64,000 bases of DNA, taken from assembly GCA_963667255.1 (NCBI GenBank), contig OY762940.1, positions 608,001 to 672,000 of the forward strand. The letters are read 5' to 3'. The position numbers and the translations under genes were made by a program. Source of the DNA: Candidatus Cloacimonadota bacterium. Its GTDB lineage: Bacteria > Cloacimonadota > Cloacimonadia > G963667145. The notes under the pieces are model-generated. The model was not told where the DNA came from. It searched no databases and worked only from the letters and a program-made list of their open reading frames with translations. Of the stretch, positions 49,226 to 57,373 are shown one piece after another; within the stretch, counting starts at the first letter, position 1, and each line of letters begins with the position of its first letter.

Positions 49226-49558
49226 TTATATATAGTCTTCCCTCACAGGCGAAAAAATGTCCAAAACCACAGAATTTTCCACAGCCTCCGCAGTGTGCTC
49301 AACATTTCCCTTGATACACCAACTGTCGCCTGGCACCATTTCGTGCCTTTCTCCGTTGATTATCAGTATCATATGCCCCGAAATTAAGTATCCTGTTTGC
49401 TCTTGAGGGTGTTTGTGGCTTGGCATCGCACAACCCTTTGTCAACTTAAATTTGACCATCAAAGTGTTGTCGCCGTAAACCAGTGTTTGTCTATCAATCC
49501 CTTCGATTGCTTTGATGTAGCCGTCTTCAGACGATTTTTTCGTTTGGTAGTTTGCCAT
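49226..49558 (-). CDS. Cupin-domain protein
   Basis: H.HPQEQTGY..SG, PGDSW.I...VEH, DIFSPVREDY; start set to ATG 49558 after GGAG. Confidence 0.88.
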   Translation of the reverse strand: MANYQTKKSSEDGYIKAIEGIDRQTLVYGDNTLMVKFKLTKGCAMPSHKHPQEQTGYLISGHMILIINGERHEMVPGDSWCIKGNVEHTAEAVENSVVLDIFSPVREDYI

Positions 49559-49581
49559 AATTTTAACTCCTTTTATTTTTT

Positions 49582-50457
49582 TCAATCCGCTTTATGTTCA
49601 AAATCGTGTGGTTCCACATGCACGGTGGCGATTATATCAAATTGTTTGAAAACGATTTCCTCAATGCTCGTGGCGATGTGATGACCTTTCTCGATACTCA
49701 GATTTTTGTCCAATTTTATATGAAAAGTAATCTCGCGGTGATTTACATAGTTGTGAATGTGAAAATGGTGAAGTTGTAGATTTGTGCCGAAATGTGTAGT
49801 GGTTGCCTCTTTTATTTTTGCGATTAATTCGGGTGTTGGCTCTTCCCCCAAGAGTTTACGAATGGCTTCGTGGGCAATCTGTATCACAGCGTAGAAAAGC
49901 ATAAGCGAAATGACAATTCCCAAGGCACTGTCTATCCACCAAAATTTCTTGGCAAACATAATACCGACCAAGACAACTACCGAAGACAAGGAGTCCGAGC
50001 GATGATGCCATCCGTCAGCTTTAATGCTTACATTTTCGGTTTTGCGAGCCAAGTAAAAGGCAAATTGTGCCAAAAGTTCTTTGGTGATTATGGATACAAC
50101 GGTCACAGCAATGGCGATAGTGCCGAATTTTGCTGCCTGATGTGTTTGGAAACGAGCGATGGCATCACAGACGAAGCCGAAAGCTATAAATCCCAATAAA
50201 AAGGCGATAAACAGAGCTGCGATTTGCTCAAAACGACCGTAACCAAAGGGGTGCTTGTCGTCAGGTTTTTTGGCGGAGAGCTTTGTGGCGACAATCACGA
50301 CGACGGAACTCAGAGAGTCGGACAGAGTGTGCCATGCGTCAGCCGTCAGGGCGATGGAGCAGGTCGTAATTCCTGCCCAAAATTTAAGAACGAACAGAAG
50401 GCAGTTGACTATTACAGAGACTATCCCTTCCCAGTATCCAGCTTTTGTAGTGGTCAT
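49582..50457 (-). CDS. Cation diffusion facilitator (FieF-like) metal transporter
   Basis: ADAWHTLSD, HPFGYGR.E, ADGWHHRSD, HVEP. Confidence 0.92.
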   Translation of the reverse strand: MTTTKAGYWEGIVSVIVNCLLFVLKFWAGITTCSIALTADAWHTLSDSLSSVVVIVATKLSAKKPDDKHPFGYGRFEQIAALFIAFLLGFIAFGFVCDAIARFQTHQAAKFGTIAIAVTVVSIITKELLAQFAFYLARKTENVSIKADGWHHRSDSLSSVVVLVGIMFAKKFWWIDSALGIVISLMLFYAVIQIAHEAIRKLLGEEPTPELIAKIKEATTTHFGTNLQLHHFHIHNYVNHREITFHIKLDKNLSIEKGHHIATSIEEIVFKQFDIIATVHVEPHDFEHKAD

Positions 50458-50459
50458 GT

Positions 50460-51110
50460 TTATTTTCTTCCATCAAATAAAGTTTGTAATTTATTAGCAG
50501 TTATAGTTTCAAATCCTTTTATTTTCGCTTTATATTCTGTTGCAATATCGAGATTTTCAATTTCTTTTTTCCTGCAAATACTGATGTCTAAATATGCTTT
50601 TTCTATATCAATCCCTAAAAATTTACGCTCTGCAAGATTTGCCGCAATACCAGTTGTACTGCTTCCTGTGAATGGGTCTAATATCCAAGCTCCTTTTTGT
50701 GTTGAGGCAAGTATTAACCTTGTAAGTACTGACAAAGGCTTTTGTGTGGGATGTTTAGTACACGATTTTTCCCAAGGAGCAATCGCTGGTAAAGTCCAAA
50801 CATCTTTCATTTGTTGATTGTTATTCAAGTATTTCATTAAGTCATAATTGAAGTAATGAGGAATTTTTTTAGATTTTCTTGCCCAAATAATTTGTTCTGT
50901 TGAGTATGTAAAATATCGTTTGGAAAAGTTTGGTGGAGGGTTTGTTTTTTGCCAAGTAACAATATTTAAAATTTTGAATCCTAATTCTATTAAAATGTGT
51001 CCAACACTAAAAATATTGTGCATTGTACCACTAATCCAAATTGTAGCGTTGTCTTTCATTTTATCAATAGCTAATGTTAACTATTTAAGATTAAAATCGT
51101 ATTTAATTAT
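50460..51110 (-). pseudogene. Truncated beta-class adenine DNA methyltransferase (DpnA/M2.DpnII-like)
   Basis: TIWISGT.HNI, W.KTNPPPN, STE.IIWARK, HPTQKP, ILDPFTGSSTTGIAA are present but the catalytic DPPY motif is absent; upstream of ATG 51059 the frame reads DFNLK*LTLAIDK, with an in-frame TAG at 51083-51081. Confidence 0.8.
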
Positions 51111-51334
51111 GTAACTTGGTCAATAATCCACATCCAATCTTCATACATTGATAAAAAAGAACCAAAATCAATCTTATATTCTATTCCATCAATTCCTTCA
51201 TCAATTAAATATTTGCCTTTTTTATACATAAAATGTGTCGCATAACACCCATAACCCAATACTAATTGAGCTTCAATGTGTTTTGATGGATTGCGTGATA
51301 TAAAATCTAATAATTCTTTAGTTGAGATTCTCAT
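51107..51334 (-). CDS. Hypothetical 75-aa protein
   Basis: AT-rich ORF starting 2 nt after the DpnI stop. Confidence 0.55.
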   Translation of the reverse strand: MRISTKELLDFISRNPSKHIEAQLVLGYGCYATHFMYKKGKYLIDEGIDGIEYKIDFGSFLSMYEDWMWIIDQVT

Positions 51335-51336
51335 TT

Positions 51337-52116
51337 TTAATATTTATTATTGTTTATTTTTTTATAACTTCCTCTACCTTTAAATTCAATAATTCCTTTA
51401 TCCCTAAGAATTTGTAATTGCTGTCTAATCTTATCTTTGATAAAGTTGTTGTTGGGATATTTTTGTTTCAAATTTTCTTCGAAATAATACATACTCTCAA
51501 GAGAGAAATCTTCAGTTGGGATAGTATCAACACACTTCATAATATCAAGAATCCATCCTTTTGATTCTTTCTTTTTATCTCTCAGAAATAATGTTTTTTC
51601 AAAAGATTGAGTTACAATTTTGGGGTCAATTATTTTTGTATTTTTAACTAAAAAGACCTTTCCTGCATTTGCAACTTTTGAAATATTTATATTACAGACA
51701 ATCCATCCTGCTCTTCTTGCTGTTTCTTTAAGTGGCGGTCTTTTAATAATAATTTCTTCTGTGAAAAATTGTTTTGGTATTATTAAGAAGTTTTCAACTT
51801 TCCAATTTTTTGAATATGTGAGAAAAAAGAAATTCGGATTATTTTCTGAGTTTATTCTTTCAATCATTGTTGAATAAGCACCATCTGTAATAGTAGTAGA
51901 TAATTTGCCATTTTTGCTTTTTAATTCAAATTCTTCTTTGCAATTATTACAAAAAAAATCAGCAACAGGGCTGTTATTTTCAAATTCATTCAATGGGATA
52001 TTTCCACAATGTGGACAATATGAGTTGTGCAATACCCAATCTTCTGTTAATCTCCGTGCTATTTGAGAATTGCTTTTATAACCTTCTGCTAATTTCAAAT
52101 TAAAATCTAAATTCAT
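51337..52116 (-). CDS. dpnC: DpnI-family (Dam-replacing) methyl-directed restriction endonuclease
   Basis: YKS.SQIAR.LTEDWV....YCP.CG, N.PVADF.C..C.E.FELKSK, DGAY.TM..R, C-terminal winged-helix YP.NN.IKDKIRQQLQ.LRD.G.IEF.GRG.Y. Confidence 0.92.
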   Translation of the reverse strand: MNLDFNLKLAEGYKSNSQIARRLTEDWVLHNSYCPHCGNIPLNEFENNSPVADFFCNNCKEEFELKSKNGKLSTTITDGAYSTMIERINSENNPNFFFLTYSKNWKVENFLIIPKQFFTEEIIIKRPPLKETARRAGWIVCNINISKVANAGKVFLVKNTKIIDPKIVTQSFEKTLFLRDKKKESKGWILDIMKCVDTIPTEDFSLESMYYFEENLKQKYPNNNFIKDKIRQQLQILRDKGIIEFKGRGSYKKINNNKY

Positions 52117-52305
52117 TTTGAAGATTTATTCGGTTGATGGGATAAGTATATGATATTCATTTTCCCACTTTTGCACATAATAGTTCAAAAAAGACCATAT
52201 ATCATTTACCTCTTCGCATATATTGATTCATTTAAAGATAATTTTATTCTATTGCTCACTTATTGGTTAATTTCTCTCTCTTCGTCAAGAAATAAATCTT
52301 CAAAA
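52116..52305. repeat. Perfect 15-bp inverted repeat flanking a 160-bp segment
   Basis: TTTTGAAGATTTATT at 52116-52130 and its exact reverse complement AATAAATCTTCAAAA at 52291-52305. Confidence 0.85.
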
Positions 52306-52317
52306 AACAAATTTTAT

Positions 52318-52362
52318 TTGACACCAATCCTCAAAATTATTTCGTGCATATGCACATAATAA
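52318..52362 (+). promoter_or_regulatory. TTGACA promoter element plus palindromic operator candidate
   Basis: TTGACA at 52318-52323; TTATT-N2-GTGCATATGCAC-N2-AATAA at 52337-52362, overlapping the start of the AAGGAG RBS. Confidence 0.65.
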
Positions 52363-52369
52363 GGAGAAA

Positions 52370-52657
52370 TTGATGCCAAGAAATCGTAAAATCAGAAAAT
52401 GTAGATATCTCGGAAAGGACAGAGTGTTCAAGCCATTGGGATTCCCAGGGTGCGAACTCGGAGAAGTTGTAATTAGTTCCGAGGAGTTCGAGGCACTCAG
52501 GCTTTGCGACTACGAAGGTTACAGTCAGATAGAGGCAGCCGAGAAGATGAACATTTCCAGAGGGACATTGCAGCGAGATTTGGCATCTGGTTCCAAAAAA
52601 ATATTAGAGGCGATTTTGAACAATAACTTATTGATAATCAAGGGAGATGAGGTGTAA
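52370..52657 (+). CDS. DUF134 (UPF0251) HTH protein
   Basis: MPR.RK.R, FKP.G, EEFEALRL.D.EG.SQ.EAA.KM.ISR.T.QR.L. Confidence 0.9.
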   Translation: MMPRNRKIRKCRYLGKDRVFKPLGFPGCELGEVVISSEEFEALRLCDYEGYSQIEAAEKMNISRGTLQRDLASGSKKILEAILNNNLLIIKGDEV

Positions 52658-53460
52658 TGGAACAAGATAGAGCAAAGCAAATGGCAGAGCAAGATGAGAA
52701 AATTGCTCAAACTTTGTCGGGCATAAAGCACAAAATTATTGTGATGAGTGGCAAAGGTGGAGTTGGTAAGTCCACTGTTACCAGCAACATAGCTTACGGA
52801 TTGTCGCGAAAAGGTTACAAGGTTGGCATTCTCGATGCGGATTTGCACGGACCGAATATTCCCGTGATGTTCGGCAGTTACGGCAAATATCCTGCTGAGT
52901 CGGGCAAACCATACCAAGTGGATGAGAATTTGTGTATCGTGTCTCTCAGCTTTTATTCGGCTAATGTGAACGACCCTGCGATTTGGCGTGGACCTGCGAA
53001 AATCGGCGTTATTCGTCAGTTGCTTGCCGACATCAATTGGGGCAAACTGGACTATCTCGTGGTCGATTTGCCTCCAGGAACTGGCGACGAGCCTTTGACC
53101 ATTGCTCAGACAATTCCCGATAATGATGGCTGTGTGATAGTGACCACTCCGCAAGAGGTTGCTCTTGCCGATACGCGTAAATCTATTGGATTTGCGGGAC
53201 TTCTGAATATGAAAGTGATTGGAGTTATCGAGAATATGAGCGGGTTTGTTTGTCCTCATTGCGGGAAAACAACGGACATCTTTAGCACGGGCGGAGGAGA
53301 AGCGACTGCCAAGAAGTATAAACTTGATTTCTTGGGCAAAATCCCTCTCAATCCGCAAATAATGATAGGAGCGGACAACGGCACACCGCATATTGGGCTG
53401 GCTGACGATTCGCCGTTTATTGCCATTGTAGATAGAGTTGAAGAGAAAACGAAAAATTGA
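52657..53460 (+). CDS. Mrp/NBP35 (ApbC) Fe-S carrier ATPase
   Basis: SGKGGVGKST, DADLHGP, WRGP, DLPPGTGD, VTTPQ, ENMS.F.CPHC. Confidence 0.93.
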   Translation: MEQDRAKQMAEQDEKIAQTLSGIKHKIIVMSGKGGVGKSTVTSNIAYGLSRKGYKVGILDADLHGPNIPVMFGSYGKYPAESGKPYQVDENLCIVSLSFYSANVNDPAIWRGPAKIGVIRQLLADINWGKLDYLVVDLPPGTGDEPLTIAQTIPDNDGCVIVTTPQEVALADTRKSIGFAGLLNMKVIGVIENMSGFVCPHCGKTTDIFSTGGGEATAKKYKLDFLGKIPLNPQIMIGADNGTPHIGLADDSPFIAIVDRVEEKTKN

Positions 53461-53469
53461 GGAGGAAAG

Positions 53470-53682
53470 ATGCCAAGATTTGACGGAAGCGGACCTAATG
53501 GTCAAGGAAGTATGACAGGCAGAGGTATGGGGAAATGCGTGAGTGAAGAAAATGTCAGAGAGCAAAACGATGTGGATAGAGGAAGAGGATTTTTTTGCAG
53601 AAGGGGCAGAGGTATGGGCTTTGGCAGAAGAAACAGATTTTTCACCAAAGATATAACAGACAAAAATAATGCTAAAGATTAA
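53470..53682 (+). CDS. DUF5320-like Gly/Arg-rich small protein
   Basis: MPRFDGSGP.GQG.MTGRG.GKC, followed by GRG repeats. Confidence 0.8.
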   Translation: MPRFDGSGPNGQGSMTGRGMGKCVSEENVREQNDVDRGRGFFCRRGRGMGFGRRNRFFTKDITDKNNAKD

Positions 53683-54577
53683 CGAAGCGAGTTCCGAAAA
53701 GAGAAAAGATTTCCGAGTGGCGATTGCCAGTGGCAAGGGTGGCACGGGCAAAACGACTTTGGCTGTAAATCTCAGTTTATTGTGTGCCGAGAAGTGCAAA
53801 GTTCGCTTGGTGGATTTGGATGTGGAAGAGCCAAATTCCGGACTGTTTCTCTCTTTGCCGACTTTGGATGAAAAAATTGTTGAAAGAGCAGTTCCGTCGT
53901 GGGACAAGGAGAAATGCTTTTTTTGTGGGAATTGTCAGGAAGTTTGCAATTTTAACTCCATTATCCAGACGAAAGCTGTGGTGATGGTTTTTGAGCAACT
54001 TTGTCATAGTTGTCGAGCCTGTTGGGAGTTGTGTCCATCCGGTGCTTTGCAAGCGAAATCTTATCAGGTAGGCAAAATCAGTTTTTACCGTGAGGGCAAT
54101 TTGGAGTTCATCGAGGGTCGGCTTGATGTCGGTCAGGAGCAAGCTGTTCCCGTGATTGCCGATGTGTTTTCGCATTTGGACAAAAATCCGTTTGAGCAGG
54201 GGCTGACTATCATAGATTCTCCGCCGGGCATTGCGTGTCCCACAGTAGAGACTTTCGGCAGTGTCGATTGCATTTTGTTGGTTGTAGAGCCGACACCTTT
54301 CGGGATTTATGACGCTTCGTTGACTGTGGATGTTGCCCGTAATCTGAACAAGCCTGTTGCTGTTGTCGTGAATAAATACGCAGGCGAAGACGATTTGTTG
54401 GGTAAATTTGTGGCTGACAAATCTGTAGAGATAATTGCGAAGTTCCCGCTGGATAAAAAGGTTGCGGAGATTTACTCGCAGGGATTGCCGATTTATGCCG
54501 TCAATCGTGAGATTACAGAGGGATTTTCGCAGGTTTTGGACTATTTGACGACAATGATGGAGCGGGCGAGATTATGA
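53669..54577 (+). CDS. MinD-superfamily ATPase with inserted 2x[4Fe-4S] ferredoxin (COG1149)
   Basis: ASGKGGTGKTT, D.DVEEPN, CFFCGNC...C, CHSCRAC...CP, DSPPG..CP, EPTPFG. Confidence 0.9.
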   Translation: MLKINEASSEKRKDFRVAIASGKGGTGKTTLAVNLSLLCAEKCKVRLVDLDVEEPNSGLFLSLPTLDEKIVERAVPSWDKEKCFFCGNCQEVCNFNSIIQTKAVVMVFEQLCHSCRACWELCPSGALQAKSYQVGKISFYREGNLEFIEGRLDVGQEQAVPVIADVFSHLDKNPFEQGLTIIDSPPGIACPTVETFGSVDCILLVVEPTPFGIYDASLTVDVARNLNKPVAVVVNKYAGEDDLLGKFVADKSVEIIAKFPLDKKVAEIYSQGLPIYAVNREITEGFSQVLDYLTTMMERARL

Positions 54578-55452
54578 GTGATATTAGAGAAATAGTGGTC
54601 ATCTCGGGTAAAGGCGGAACGGGGAAAACCAGCATCAGTGCAGCTTTGGCGATGGTAGCAGGCACGGAAATCGTTTTGGTGGATTGCGATGTCGATGTTC
54701 CCGATTTGCATCTGATAATGTCTCCGCAAGTGCAAAAGCGTGAAGATTTTTACGCTGGAGAGTTGGCTGAGATAGACGGCGAAAAGTGTATTGGTTGTGG
54801 AGTTTGCCAAAAAATTTGTGTCTTCGGAGCGGTTCAATCTTCGGCTGAGAGGAAGTTTTCGATTGATAGTTTGAAGTGCGAGGGTTGCGGATATTGTGCT
54901 AGAGTTTGCAGGGTAAATGCGATTGCCAATTACCCGCGACTGACAGGCGAAGCGATGGTTTCCACGATAAAAACTGGGACGAAATTGGTGCATGCCAACT
55001 TATCCTTGGGCGGAGAAAATTCTGGTAAATTGGTCGCAGAACTCAAAAAGAAAGCCAGAGTAATTGCCGAGGAAGAGGGCAAAGATTTTATCTTGGTAGA
55101 TGGCTCTCCCGGGATTGGCTGTCCGGTTGTTTCGGGGTTGTCGGGAGCATCTTTGGTCTTGCTGGTGGTAGAGCCGACAGTCTCCGGATTTCACGATTTG
55201 AGGCGAGTTTTGGAGTTGGTGCAGATGTTCAGTTTGCACGCAACTGCCATCATCAATAAAGCCGATGTTAACCCGAAATTGACTCACGAGATGAAGGAGT
55301 TTTTTGCGGAAAATGAGATTGAGATTTTGGGAGAATTTGCTTATGATACAGCTTTTTCTCGGTCACTTTCTGAGGGGAAGACGATAGTTGAAGCTGAGCA
55401 GTCTTATTTACAAAAGTTTGAAAAAATATACGAAAAAATTAAAAAAGCGTAG
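54574..55452 (+). CDS. MinD-superfamily ATPase with inserted 2x[4Fe-4S] ferredoxin (COG1149), second paralog
   Basis: ISGKGGTGKTS, DCDVD.PDLH, CIGCGVC, CEGCGYC, GENSGKLV, DGSPGIGCPV, EPT.SG.HDL. Confidence 0.9.
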   Translation: MSDIREIVVISGKGGTGKTSISAALAMVAGTEIVLVDCDVDVPDLHLIMSPQVQKREDFYAGELAEIDGEKCIGCGVCQKICVFGAVQSSAERKFSIDSLKCEGCGYCARVCRVNAIANYPRLTGEAMVSTIKTGTKLVHANLSLGGENSGKLVAELKKKARVIAEEEGKDFILVDGSPGIGCPVVSGLSGASLVLLVVEPTVSGFHDLRRVLELVQMFSLHATAIINKADVNPKLTHEMKEFFAENEIEILGEFAYDTAFSRSLSEGKTIVEAEQSYLQKFEKIYEKIKKA

Positions 55453-55460
55453 GAGGAAAA

Positions 55461-55796
55461 ATGAAATTTGCAATAACTTCCAGAGGACAAAGTTTGGCAG
55501 ACCCAATGGATGCAAGGTTTGGCAGAGCCGATTACTTGTTGATTTGTGAAGACGAAAAAGTTTTGAAAGTGATAGACAATACGGGAAACACGACTCAAGC
55601 ACACGGAGTCGGTCCAGTTACAGCGGCGAAATTGGAAGGCGAAGAAGTGGAGGTGCTTATCACTGGCAATGGTCCTGGTGGCAACGCCAAAAGGGTTTTG
55701 CAAGAGTTGGGCATCAAGGTTTTTGTCGGAGCAATGGATATGAGCGGCAGTCAAGCTGTTGCTGCTTACAAAGCTGACAAATTAAAAGAGTTTTAA
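55461..55796 (+). CDS. NifB/NifX-family (Orange protein-like) metal-cluster-binding protein
   Basis: D.RFGRA.Y, N....AHG.G..A, LITG..GPG.NA..VL...GI. Confidence 0.85.
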   Translation: MKFAITSRGQSLADPMDARFGRADYLLICEDEKVLKVIDNTGNTTQAHGVGPVTAAKLEGEEVEVLITGNGPGGNAKRVLQELGIKVFVGAMDMSGSQAVAAYKADKLKEF

Positions 55797-55812
55797 GAAT
55801 AAAGGAGAGAAA

Positions 55813-56163
55813 ATGAGAATAGCTTTTCCCACAAACGATAAGGTCAATGTAGAAGAACATTTTGGTCATTGCGAATTTTTCGCTTTGGTGGATGTCGAGG
55901 ATGGCAAGGTTGTTGCCACGAATTTTGAGAAATCTCCCGAGCATCAACCGGGTGTAATGCCAAAATTTTTGGGAGAAAAGAAAGCCACAGCGATTATCAC
56001 AGGCGGTATGGGTGCGATGGCGGTTAATCTTTTTGCAGAACAAAACATCGAGGTTGTTTTGGGAGCAAAAGGCACTATCAAGGAACTTACAGCAAAATAT
56101 CTTGACGGGAAATTGACAAGCAGTGGTTCTATCTGCAACGCTCACGAGCATGGTTGCCATTAA
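55813..56163 (+). CDS. NifB/NifX-family metal-cluster-binding protein
   Basis: HFGHCE.F, P.HQPG..P, IITGGMG..A, His/Cys tail CNAHEHGCH. Confidence 0.88.
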   Translation: MRIAFPTNDKVNVEEHFGHCEFFALVDVEDGKVVATNFEKSPEHQPGVMPKFLGEKKATAIITGGMGAMAVNLFAEQNIEVVLGAKGTIKELTAKYLDGKLTSSGSICNAHEHGCH

Positions 56164-56191
56164 ATAGAGTTTTATAAAGTTTCATACTAAT

Positions 56192-56240
56192 TAAACAGTG
56201 AGGGGTTTTCGTGGCGATTTCGGAAATCCCTTGTTGTTTA
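56192..56240 (+). terminator. Long hairpin, probable terminator after the NifX-like genes
   Basis: TAAACAGTGAGGGGTTTTCG pairs with CGGAAATCCCTTGTTGTTTA, with G-U pairs. Confidence 0.5.
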
Positions 56241-56265
56241 GAAATCAAGCAAAAGAGGTAAAGCG

Positions 56266-57000
56266 GTGAAAGATTATTTGCAGTTGGCTTTGGATAAGGT
56301 CAAGGAAAGCCTGAGAGGAGAGTTACAAAACGAGGTGAGTATCTCGATTAGAGGTCTGAGCGTGCAGGAGGCTATCGGTAACCCCAAAAGGCAAGATTAT
56401 CCTATCCAGAAGAGTAAGGAAATAATGATACAGGCTGATTATCAAGGCTATAAGGGGCAAGCGTTTACCACCAACCCGACAGAGTTTCTTGGGACATTGC
56501 AAGAGATTTTCGAATTGGACAGCAAGAATCTGCCGAACAGAGCGATTTTGGTAGCGACTTTGAACGCTTTGGCGGCTTATCTCGGATTTTGCAAGGGGAC
56601 AATTCATTGTCACGACCAAGAACCCGAAGAGTGTGGGAAGTGGATAGTCGAGCAGTTGCTTCCTAAAAAATATAAGGTCGGAATGATAGGGCTCAATCCT
56701 GCGATTTTGCAACATCTCTGCGAAGCTGGCATCACGGTTCGTTGTAGCGATTTGGACGCTGATTTCATCGGCAAAAACAAGTTCGGTTGCACGATAGAGG
56801 ACGGTAGTTTGGTTAATGTGGAGATGGTAAAAAATACCGATTTTACTCTTTTCACCGGTTCCACTCTTTGCAACGACTCTTTCGACAAAATAATGGAGAC
56901 AATAGAAGCTAACAAGAAGGATTACGCTATTTTCGGGACAACAGCAGTGGGAGTTTGCGGAGTGCTTGGTCTAAATAGATTTTGTCCGCTGTCGAAATAA
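56266..57000 (+). CDS. DUF364/Rossmann-like domain protein
   Basis: EAIGNP.R.DYP, GQAFT, RA..VATLNA, T.HC.D.EP..C, TGSTL.N, FGTT, RFCP. Confidence 0.7.
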   Translation: MKDYLQLALDKVKESLRGELQNEVSISIRGLSVQEAIGNPKRQDYPIQKSKEIMIQADYQGYKGQAFTTNPTEFLGTLQEIFELDSKNLPNRAILVATLNALAAYLGFCKGTIHCHDQEPEECGKWIVEQLLPKKYKVGMIGLNPAILQHLCEAGITVRCSDLDADFIGKNKFGCTIEDGSLVNVEMVKNTDFTLFTGSTLCNDSFDKIMETIEANKKDYAIFGTTAVGVCGVLGLNRFCPLSK

Positions 57001-57065
57001 ATTTTGATTAAATTCCTAAAAAACTGGTTGACAGGAGAAGCGGTCAAAATTTTATGAGAAAAAAT

Positions 57066-57140
57066 GCGGAAGTAGCTCAGTGGTAGAGCCTCACGTTGCC
57101 AACGTGATTGTCGCGAGTTCAAATCTCGTCTTCCGCTCCA
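57066..57140 (+). tRNA. tRNA-Gly(GCC)
   Basis: GCGGAAGTAGCTCAGTGGTAGAGC...TTGCCAA...GTTCAAATCTCGTCTTCCGCTCCA. Confidence 0.96.
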
Positions 57141-57147
57141 TTTTTTT

Positions 57148-57221
57148 GGCGACATCGCCAAGTGGTAAGGCAAGGGTCTGCAAAATCCTCATCCCCAGTT
57201 CGAATCTGGGTGTCGCCTCCA
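57148..57221 (+). tRNA. tRNA-Cys(GCA)
   Basis: GGCGACATCGCCAAGTGGTAAGGC...CTGCAAA...GTTCGAATCTGGGTGTCGCCTCCA. Confidence 0.96.
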
Positions 57222-57234
57222 GTTTCAATTACTT

Positions 57235-57321
57235 GCCGGAGTGGTGGAATTGGTAGACACAAGGGACTTAAAATCCCTCGGGCTTTAGTCCGTGCCGGTT
57301 CAAGTCCGGCCTCTGGTACCA
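57235..57321 (+). tRNA. tRNA-Leu(TAA)
   Basis: GCCGGAGTGGTGGAATTGGTAGACAC...CTTAAAA..., long variable arm, GTTCAAGTCCGGCCTCTGGTACCA. Confidence 0.96.
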
Positions 57322-57327
57322 ATTATT

Positions 57328-57358
57328 AAAGTCGCTTTTATCGAAGGCGGCTTTTTTT
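57328..57358 (+). terminator. Intrinsic terminator after the tRNA Gly-Cys-Leu cluster
   Basis: AAAGTCGCTTT-loop-GAAGGCGGCTTT followed by a T run. Confidence 0.7.
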
Positions 57359-57373
57359 ATAAGAGGTTTTAGT

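Noticed and set aside
51081..51083. TAG read-through (pyrrolysine or recoded stop) rescuing the methyltransferase
   Set aside because: Even with read-through the DPPY-containing N-terminus is absent, and TAG ends many normal genes here (rplS, prs, rplY, pth)
52125..52230. About 33 open codons (INICEEVNDIWSFLNYYVQKWENEYHILIPSTE*) on the minus strand upstream of DpnI
   Set aside because: No start codon and no recognisable family; could be a gene tail but cannot be supported
52525..53907. 460-aa minus-strand ORF
   Set aside because: Antisense shadow of the well-supported DUF134/Mrp/DUF5320/ATPase genes; no recognisable motifs
56922..57329. Short ORFs across the tRNA cluster, and similarly over tRNA-Thr and ssrA
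   Set aside because: Fully explained by RNA genes
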